NCBI GenBank assembly: GCA_031291675.1
Contig: JARLIO010000084.1
Span: 10,282 to 74,281, forward strand
DNA from: Azospirillaceae bacterium
Lineage (GTDB): Bacteria; Pseudomonadota; Alphaproteobacteria; Azospirillales; Azospirillaceae
Length of the DNA: 64,000 bases
Reading direction: 5' to 3'
Made by a program: the position numbers and the translations under genes. This document shows, piece by piece, positions 56,978 to 64,000 of this stretch (position 1 is the first letter of the stretch; each line of letters starts with the position of its first letter). The notes beneath the pieces are model-generated. The model saw only the letters and a list, made by a program, of their open reading frames with translations, ran no database searches and had not been told where the DNA came from.

Positions 56978-59800
56978 TCAGTTGAGCCGATCACGATCGT
57001 CGATATTACGCGCAAGGACTTCGCGCTTGCCAACATGGTTGGCCTGGCTGACAACGCCTTCCTGTTCCATCCGTTCGATCAGGCGGGCCGCCCGGTTGTA
57101 GCCGATCTGCAAATGCCGCTGGACGAAGCTGGTCGAGGCCTTGCGTTCACGGCTCACCAGCTCGACGGCCCGGTCATACAGCTCGTCACCCGAGCCACCA
57201 CGGCCGGTGCCACCCTCCTCTTCGAGGGCCGGCAGCTCTTCCTGGTCCTCGGTCACGGCCTCCACATAATTCGGCTCGCCTTGCATTTTCAAGTGGCTGA
57301 CGATCTTTTCGACCTCGTCATCGCGAACGAACGGGCCATGGACCCGGGTGATCCGGCCGCCACCCGCCATATACAGCATGTCACCCTGGCCCAATAGTTG
57401 TTCGGCGCCCTGTTCGCCCAGGATGGTCCGGCTGTCGATCTTCGAGGTGACCTGAAAGCTGATCCGGGTCGGGAAATTGGCCTTGATCGTGCCGGTGATG
57501 ACGTCGACCGACGGCCGTTGCGTTGCCATGATCAGATGCAGGCCGGCCGCACGGGCCATCTGGGCCAGGCGCTGGATCGTCGCCTCAATGTCCTTGCCGG
57601 CGACCAGCATCAGGTCGGCCATCTCATCGACGACGATGACGATATAAGGCAGTTCGGTCAGATCGAGCGGCTGGTCCTCGAACAAGGGCTTGCCGGTGTC
57701 GGGGTCGAACCCGGTCTGGACCCGCCGGGTCAGCGATTCATTGTTGGCGCGAGCCTCTCGCAATCGGGCGTTGTAGCCCTCGATGTTGCGAACGCCGAGC
57801 TTGGACATCGCGCGATAACGGTCCTCCATCTCGCGCACCGCCCATTTCAGGGCGACGACGGCCTTCTTGGATTCGGTGACGACCGGGGCCAGCAGATGGG
57901 GGATGCCCTCATAGACCGACAGCTCCAGCATCTTGGGATCGACCATGATGAAGCGGCAACGATCCGGCGGCATCCGGTACAACAGGGACAGGATCATGAC
58001 ATTGATCGCGACCGATTTGCCCGACCCGGTGGTTCCGGCGACCAGCAGGTGGGGCATCCGCGACAGATCGGCGATGATCGGGCCGCCGCCGATATCCTTG
58101 CCGAGGATCAGGGGCAGCTTGGCGCTGGTTCGCTGATAGGACTCGTGCTCCAGCAATTCGCGCAGATAGACCATCTCGCGCTTGGCATTGGGCAACTCGA
58201 CGCCGATGACATTGCGGCCCGGGACCACCGCGACCCGGACCGAAACCGCGCTCATTGATCGGGCGATGTCGTCGGCCAGCCCGATCACACGCGATGATTT
58301 GGTGCCCGGCGCCGGTTCCAGCTCGTACAAGGTGACGACCGGGCCCGGATGGGCCTGAGCAATGGTGCCGCGGACGCCAAAGTCGCTCAACACGCCCTCA
58401 AGCTCACCGGCATTGCGGTGCAGCGCCTCCGGGGTCTGGGTCGCCGGAAGATGGTTTGGGGGCGGTCGCTGCAACAAGGTGACCGGCGGGAGTTCGTAAT
58501 CGTCCTCAGCGACAGGCTCGACGTCAATGATGGGCCGGGCCAGGGCTTCGGTCCGCTCGGCGTGTTTCTCGACCTGTCCCGGACGCTCGCCGTGACCCGG
58601 GGATTCGGGTCGCGGGGCGGCCGTGCGCAGGGTCGGAACCGTCGGCATCGCGATACGCCGGTGTTCCAGGCCGGGCAGCGGATCTTCCTCCCGGAACCCG
58701 TCAATTTGGGACGGCGCGGGCCGGGCAGGCGCGGGCCGGGACGGACCGGGATCGTCGGGGCGATCAAGGTCCGTCGGTCCGTCTTGGCGCCGGGCGCGCA
58801 GGGACCCGGGCGCCAGATCAGGGTCCGGAAAGGCAAAGGCATCCGAGGCCGGTTGATCGCCGGTAGGATCGCTGAAGGGGGGTTCGGCAAAGGGCGCGTC
58901 GGTGAAGGACGCGTCGGTGAAGCGGGGCGCGGTGAACGGCGGTGCGCGGTGATCGGTGCGCCCGGTGTCAGGGGCCGGCGAGGGGTCGCCGGGCCGCGCC
59001 GAAGTCCGGGACCGGCCGAAGCCCTCGAAGACGCCCGCGCTGCCACGGCGCATGCCGCGGAACGCCAGGACGCCGCCGCTGAGCGCGCTGCGCCCCAGGA
59101 AACGCCCGAACGCCAGCAGCATACGACCGCCGGCCAGGGCGCTTTGCCCCAGATGGTCCGGCTTCAGGTCGCGGAGAGAAACCTGCAGCGAGGCCCCCAG
59201 GGTCAAGAGCGCCAAAACGCCCGCCACGGTTGCAATCGAGGTTGGCGCGATCGCGCCCAGCCACCGGCCACCCAGCACGGCCAGGGCCGGCAGCAACACC
59301 TCGCCACTGGCACCGCCCAGATGCGCCTGCGTCAACGGCCAGGAGTCGAAACGCGGGATCGTCGACAGGGTGATGGTGGCGAAAACCACGCCGATCAGCG
59401 CCAGCGCCAGACGCAGGGGCAGGAATTTGACGCCCCGGTGACTCATGATCCGCAGGCCCCAACCCATAATGATCGCACCGATCAGATAGGCCGCCAAGCC
59501 CAGCAACTGCATCAGCAGGTCGGCAACATCGGCACCGGGGCGACCGAGGACATTGAGGATCGGCTGATCGATCGCCGGATTGGTCGAGGTGTCGAACGAG
59601 GGGTCGGCGGGGCTATAGGTCAGGATGACGGCGATCAGCAACAAACCGAACGCGGTGACCAGCAGTCCGCCGGCTTCGATTGCCCGATGGTGCAGGAAAG
59701 CGGTGACCTGGGGCGGCAGCAACCGGACCTTCTCCGGCCGGCCGGCACGGACCGTACTGCGAGGCTTGCCGGCCGCGGCACGGTTGGGAGAGATGGCCAT
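56978..59800 (-). CDS. ftsK: DNA translocase FtsK
   Basis: N-terminal TM helices, a Pro-rich linker, the motor domain with GTTGSGKS, and a C-terminal gamma domain (...LYDRAVELV...[21 protein letters not shown]). Confidence 0.95.
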   Translation of the reverse strand: MAISPNRAAAGKPRSTVRAGRPEKVRLLPPQVTAFLHHRAIEAGGLLVTAFGLLLIAVILTYSPADPSFDTSTNPAIDQPILNVLGRPGADVADLLMQLLGLAAYLIGAIIMGWGLRIMSHRGVKFLPLRLALALIGVVFATITLSTIPRFDSWPLTQAHLGGASGEVLLPALAVLGGRWLGAIAPTSIATVAGVLALLTLGASLQVSLRDLKPDHLGQSALAGGRMLLAFGRFLGRSALSGGVLAFRGMRRGSAGVFEGFGRSRTSARPGDPSPAPDTGRTDHRAPPFTAPRFTDASFTDAPFAEPPFSDPTGDQPASDAFAFPDPDLAPGSLRARRQDGPTDLDRPDDPGPSRPAPARPAPSQIDGFREEDPLPGLEHRRIAMPTVPTLRTAAPRPESPGHGERPGQVEKHAERTEALARPIIDVEPVAEDDYELPPVTLLQRPPPNHLPATQTPEALHRNAGELEGVLSDFGVRGTIAQAHPGPVVTLYELEPAPGTKSSRVIGLADDIARSMSAVSVRVAVVPGRNVIGVELPNAKREMVYLRELLEHESYQRTSAKLPLILGKDIGGGPIIADLSRMPHLLVAGTTGSGKSVAINVMILSLLYRMPPDRCRFIMVDPKMLELSVYEGIPHLLAPVVTESKKAVVALKWAVREMEDRYRAMSKLGVRNIEGYNARLREARANNESLTRRVQTGFDPDTGKPLFEDQPLDLTELPYIVIVVDEMADLMLVAGKDIEATIQRLAQMARAAGLHLIMATQRPSVDVITGTIKANFPTRISFQVTSKIDSRTILGEQGAEQLLGQGDMLYMAGGGRITRVHGPFVRDDEVEKIVSHLKMQGEPNYVEAVTEDQEELPALEEEGGTGRGGSGDELYDRAVELVSRERKASTSFVQRHLQIGYNRAARLIERMEQEGVVSQANHVGKREVLARNIDDRDRLN

Positions 59801-59886
59801 TGCTCGTCCTCGACTGGTTGCTTGCCTCGGGGTGCCGTCGCGGGTCCTTGGCTGTTGGGGGGGTTGTTGGGGGCGGTTGTTGAAGA

Positions 59887-61152
59887 TCAGCGCGGTTGGT
59901 CGCCCGGCGACGTCGCCGGCCCTTGGGCCCGGACGGGCGCCGGATCAAGGATAGCCGCGATCAGCGCGCAATTCTCGAAGATGATTTCGGGTTCATGAAC
60001 CAGGGCGATCCGAAGATAGCGTGCCGAGACGTTGTTGCCGTCGCGATCGGGCCGGGCCAGGTAGGCACCCGGCAGTGTCTTGATCGCAGCCTGCTGCCAC
60101 AGCTTCGCCGCGGCGGCTTCGCCATCGCCGACATCGAGCCACAGGAAGAATCCACCCGGTGGCCGGTAGAAACCAAGGCGCCCCGACAGCGCCCGTTCGG
60201 CGGCATCGATTCGCGCCCGATAGCGGTCGCGGCTTTCGACGACATGGGCCTCGTCCCGCCACAGGGCGGCGGAGGCGGCAAGGATCGGCAGCGGAACACC
60301 GGCCAAGCCATAGCTGCGCAGCGTGGCGAAAGCGCGGATCAGTGCCGGATCGCCTGCAACGAACCCGGAACGAATGCCAGCCGCGCTCGATCGTTTCGAA
60401 AGCGAATTGAAAACCAGCAGCCCTGTCATGTCGCCGTCGGCCGCTTCCAGCAGACCCGGCGGTGCCGCGCGATCATAGATCTCTGCGTAGCATTCGTCGG
60501 CGACCAGCACGAAGCCATAGTGGCGGGCCAGTGCGATGGCGCGGCGCAAATAGGCCAGATCGGCAATGGCGCCCTGCGGATTGCTTGGGCTGCACAGGTA
60601 AAACAAGGCGGTGCGCGACAACAGCGCGGGCGTCAGCGCATCGAGGTCGGGGAGGAACCCGGTGTCCGGCGTCGCCGACAGGAACACCGGCTCGGCGCGG
60701 GCCATCGCCGCGGCGCCCGCATAGACCGCATAAAATGGATTGGGGATCAGCACGGCGGGCACCGCCCTCCCGTGACGCAGACGGGGGACGGCCAGCAACG
60801 CGACCTGGAACAGGGCTTCACGGGTCCCTGAAACCGGCAGGATCATGGTTTGCGGATCGACGAGGCGGTCGGCGAGACCATAGCGCCGGCACAGCCAGCC
60901 GGCCACCGCGGCCCGGAAATCCTCGGTCCCGTTGACCGGGGGGTATTTGCCCCACAAATGAGCAGAGGCGTGGAGGATTTCGTCGATCAGCGCCGGCGGT
61001 GGCTGTTGGGGTTCGCCGATCGACATCAGGACCGGCGGCCGGTTGGCATCGACCCGCGTCGTTGCCAGCAAACAGTTCAGCCGCGCGAAGGGGTAGTCCG
61101 GAAGTTGATCAAGCGCATCGTTGAGCTCGATCGCAGGGGGCGCCGAAATCAT
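59887..61152 (-). CDS. class I/II pyridoxal-phosphate-dependent aminotransferase
   Basis: PNPFY...SPSNPQG...[14 protein letters not shown] (PLP-lysine motif SxSK). ATG at 61152. Substrate is not assignable. Confidence 0.85.
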   Translation of the reverse strand: MISAPPAIELNDALDQLPDYPFARLNCLLATTRVDANRPPVLMSIGEPQQPPPALIDEILHASAHLWGKYPPVNGTEDFRAAVAGWLCRRYGLADRLVDPQTMILPVSGTREALFQVALLAVPRLRHGRAVPAVLIPNPFYAVYAGAAAMARAEPVFLSATPDTGFLPDLDALTPALLSRTALFYLCSPSNPQGAIADLAYLRRAIALARHYGFVLVADECYAEIYDRAAPPGLLEAADGDMTGLLVFNSLSKRSSAAGIRSGFVAGDPALIRAFATLRSYGLAGVPLPILAASAALWRDEAHVVESRDRYRARIDAAERALSGRLGFYRPPGGFFLWLDVGDGEAAAAKLWQQAAIKTLPGAYLARPDRDGNNVSARYLRIALVHEPEIIFENCALIAAILDPAPVRAQGPATSPGDQPR

Positions 61153-61357
61153 CCGCGGGTACCGGTCACTGTCATCGGAAAGGAAAGCCACTCGGGATGT
61201 GGCGCCGAGGGCGTCAAGACGGCGGCGGCTGGTGCGATCCGCATCACCGCCCATCCGATCCCCGCCGGTGCCGCCTCCGAGCATCCCGACGCAGTCTAAC
61301 CGTTGACGACCGTGCGGACAAGAGGGGCGCGATTTCGGTTTTCGTTGTCAGTCCAGG

Positions 61358-61405
61358 ACATTGGCCAGCACATTGGCCAAGACATCGGCCAGCGCATTGG
61401 CGCTG
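61358..61405. repeat. four tandem 12-bp repeats (ACATTGGCCAGC-like)
   Basis: ACATTGGCCAGC / ACATTGGCCAAG / ACATCGGCCAGC / GCATTGGCGCTG, in a 414-bp non-coding gap. Confidence 0.85.
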
Positions 61406-61566
61406 TCGCTTTTCGGGGTGGCTCCATGCCGCGGAACGGTGCCGCGTGGCGCGACCGCAGGCCCCGGCTGGTCGTCCCGGCCCGGTCGAGAACGCCGAAG
61501 CCGGATCAGGACGACGCAGCGAGGGCAGTGGCCGGGCAAGGCGGCCGGGGGACGGTAACCTCCGGG

Positions 61567-61926
<360 letters not shown>

Positions 61927-62306
61927 TTAGTTCCAGCCAGCGCGATGCCCTGACGCCAGCGATTGTCTGAGCGTATGACCTGCGGCTGCATATCGGTACA
62001 GCTTGGGCTTGCGGCTCAAGGCTCAAGCGAGTTCCAATTCAAGAACTATGCCGAATGCAGCCCATGGTGCAATTCTTCGTTTGCGCTGTCTGTGCAGCGG
62101 GCGCGACGACCAAGGGTAAAAGACCTGCGCCGCGATAGCGAGCGGCGATGCTCCCGACCATCGTCCGCGCCACACCGCCGTCCCGGCGATCTCAGCATAA
62201 ATTTTCATCAATTGCATAAATGTTGGGCAGAAGCGCGGAGCCCCGTCTCGTCGCTGGACAAAGCCACGCCCAGAGACGATTGTTTGCCACAACGCCGGGC
62301 CTTTCA

Positions 62307-63575
62307 ATGGATCTTACGATGTCTCTCGATGTTCCTTGCGCCGCGCCGGCACGGCAGGCGAACGGTGATTTGACGACCGAAGTGATCATCGTCGGTGGCG
62401 GCCTTGCCGGCTTGTCGCTGGCGACGGCACTGGCCACGGCCGGCGTCCCGGTCGTTTGTATCGATCGCGATTCGCCGTCGGCCCAGTGCGGTGCATCTTA
62501 TGATCATCGAACGTCGGCCTTGGCCTATTGCTCGCAAAAAATACTCGACGTCATCGGTGTCTGGCCGTACCTGGCCGCGGATGGTGCGCCGATCACCGAC
62601 ATCCGCGTTGTCGATGGTGCGTCGCCGTTGTTTTTGCATTATGACCACAAGGCGGTGGGTCTCGGACCCTTTGGCTTTGTCGTCGACAATATCGCGATTC
62701 GCCGCGCGCTGTTTCAGCGATTGGCCCAATTGCCCGACCTGATCCATCTCGCGCCGGCGACGGTGACCGCGGTTGAGCGGGGCGTCGGGCATGCCGAGGT
62801 GACTCTGGCCGGGGGCCGGGTCATTCGCGGTCGTCTGGTGGTCGGCGCCGATGGCAAGGGCTCATTTTGTCGCCAGAGTGCCGGCATTGGGCTGACCCGT
62901 GCCCGATACAACCAATCCGCGATCATCTGCAATATCGCAACGGAGTACCCCCATCATGGGGTCGCGGTCGAACATTTCCACCCGCAGGGGCCGTTCGCGC
63001 TTTTGCCGCTGACAGGCAATCGGGTTTCGGTGGTGTGGACCGAGCCGACCGATATGGTGTCGCATTATCTGTCGCTGTCCGACGCGGTCTTCACGGCCGA
63101 ACTGCAGCGGCGCGCGGGGGATTGGCTGGGGGCGGTACACCCGATCACGCCCCGCGTCGCCTACCCGCTGGGCATTTCCCATGCCGCGCGCTACACGGCG
63201 GACCGGTTGGCGCTGATTGCCGAGGCGGCGCACACCATGCACCCGATTGCCGGGCAGGGGCTGAATGTCGGTCTGCGCGATGTCGCCGCCCTGGCCGAAG
63301 TCATCACCGATGCCTATCGCCTGGGGATGGATACCGGGACGGCAGCGGTGTTGGAGCGTTATCAACGATGGCGGCGCTTCGACACCGTGCTGTTGTTGGG
63401 CGTTACCGACGGACTGACCCGGTTGTTCTCCAACGATATCGCGCCGGTGCGGGTCGCCCGGGATGTCGGCATGGCGCTGGTCAACCGGCTGCCCGGCGTC
63501 AAGAAGGTCCTGATGCGCCACGCCATGGGCATTGTCGGCGATCTGCCCCGCATGATCCGGGGTGAGGCGCTTTAG
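62307..63575 (+). CDS. UbiH/UbiF/VisC/COQ6-family FAD-dependent ubiquinone hydroxylase
   Basis: VIIVGGGLAGLSLA (FAD), VVGADGKGS, and AAHTMHPIAGQGLNVGLRD. Confidence 0.9.
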   Translation: MDLTMSLDVPCAAPARQANGDLTTEVIIVGGGLAGLSLATALATAGVPVVCIDRDSPSAQCGASYDHRTSALAYCSQKILDVIGVWPYLAADGAPITDIRVVDGASPLFLHYDHKAVGLGPFGFVVDNIAIRRALFQRLAQLPDLIHLAPATVTAVERGVGHAEVTLAGGRVIRGRLVVGADGKGSFCRQSAGIGLTRARYNQSAIICNIATEYPHHGVAVEHFHPQGPFALLPLTGNRVSVVWTEPTDMVSHYLSLSDAVFTAELQRRAGDWLGAVHPITPRVAYPLGISHAARYTADRLALIAEAAHTMHPIAGQGLNVGLRDVAALAEVITDAYRLGMDTGTAAVLERYQRWRRFDTVLLLGVTDGLTRLFSNDIAPVRVARDVGMALVNRLPGVKKVLMRHAMGIVGDLPRMIRGEAL

Positions 63576-63600
63576 CGCATTTTCCGGCCGCAAAACCCGG

Positions 63601-64000
63601 TCACGGTTCCCGCCAGCGCAGGGGCGGCAGACGCCCGAGCTTCAGCGGGCCCACCGACAGATTGCTGTCCTGGACTGTCACCGGGGCTTCAACCACAGGC
63701 GGCCCGTTCGGGTCCGGTCGTCTGGCCAACAAACCCAGCATCATCTTGACCAACCCGGCATCTTTGGCTTTGATCCGGCCGCTCGTGACCAGCGCGTCGA
63801 CGGTTTCGTTGAATCCGCTGATTCGGGCGGTCAGCGCGGCTTGGGGTTGCAGATCATGATCAAGGGCCAGGGTCCCGGTCAGTGACGCCGTCAACGGTCC
63901 CCAGACGAGCCGGGCTTGGTCGAGTTCGATCGTGCCGCCATCTTCGGACCAGTGGCGCACCGACGGTGCCACCGGATCGGGGACGACGCCCATGACGCGG
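63601..64000 (-). CDS. hypothetical protein, C-terminal part only (possibly DUF2125-like); continues past the window end
   Basis: The minus-strand ORF stays open to the window edge. The family suggestion is from memory only. Confidence 0.4.
   Translation of the reverse strand, partial: RVMGVVPDPVAPSVRHWSEDGGTIELDQARLVWGPLTASLTGTLALDHDLQPQAALTARISGFNETVDALVTSGRIKAKDAGLVKMMLGLLARRPDPNGPPVVEAPVTVQDSNLSVGPLKLGRLPPLRWREP

Noticed and set aside
61358-61405. Possible CRISPR array
   Set aside because: The units are contiguous 12-mers with no spacers, far shorter than CRISPR repeats, and there are no cas genes in the window.
62056-62071. NtrC-like palindrome TGCAGC-CCAT-GGTGCA upstream of glnB, and a possible sigma-54 promoter
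   Set aside because: The half-site spacing is 4 rather than the 5 nt of the TGCACC-N5-GGTGCA consensus, and one half-site is imperfect. I could not find a GG-N10-GC -24/-12 element in the right orientation.

Overview
High-GC (roughly 65-70% G+C by hand counts) alphaproteobacterial-type core chromosome. It is densely coding. I saw no rRNA, tRNA, CRISPR, transposase, integrase or recognisable defence genes. The layout is that of a replication-origin neighbourhood. secB and rho-hemJ-hemH-hemE (minus strand) sit left of a 498-bp non-coding gap that holds a 35% G+C block, a perfect DnaA box and clustered GANTC sites. A DUF299 kinase gene, maf, aroE, coaE and dnaQ (plus strand) sit right of it. About 10 kb further on lie mnmE-mnmG-rsmG-parA-parB with two perfect 16-bp parS sites. 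Other content includes holA-leuS, two tandem porin paralogs, ribA, an OmpR-type response regulator, xthA, lolA-ftsK, glnB and a UbiH-family hydroxylase. Four things deserve a second look. (1) A ~164-bp MITE-like element with 19-bp terminal inverted repeats, 9-bp target-site duplications and conserved internal hairpins occurs four times, in one orientation, in intergenic spacers. (2) A 12.8-kb, nearly gap-free, translationally coupled minus-strand gene string joins four glycosyltransferases, a histidine phosphatase, a polysaccharide deacetylase and a small membrane protein to a Yej/Opp-type peptide ABC importer. (3) Divergent from that string is a 914-aa ABC-exporter-like protein. Its nucleotide-binding domain has degenerate catalytic motifs and a ~270-aa internally repeated insertion, a stand-alone cyclic-nucleotide-binding protein follows it, and its 5' part is locally AT-richer. 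(4) Short phased tandem repeats occur in two intergenic regions. Nothing here can be shown to be novel from sequence alone, and functional statements for (2)-(4) are inference. Many long track ORFs are antisense artefacts of the high G+C content and were discarded.
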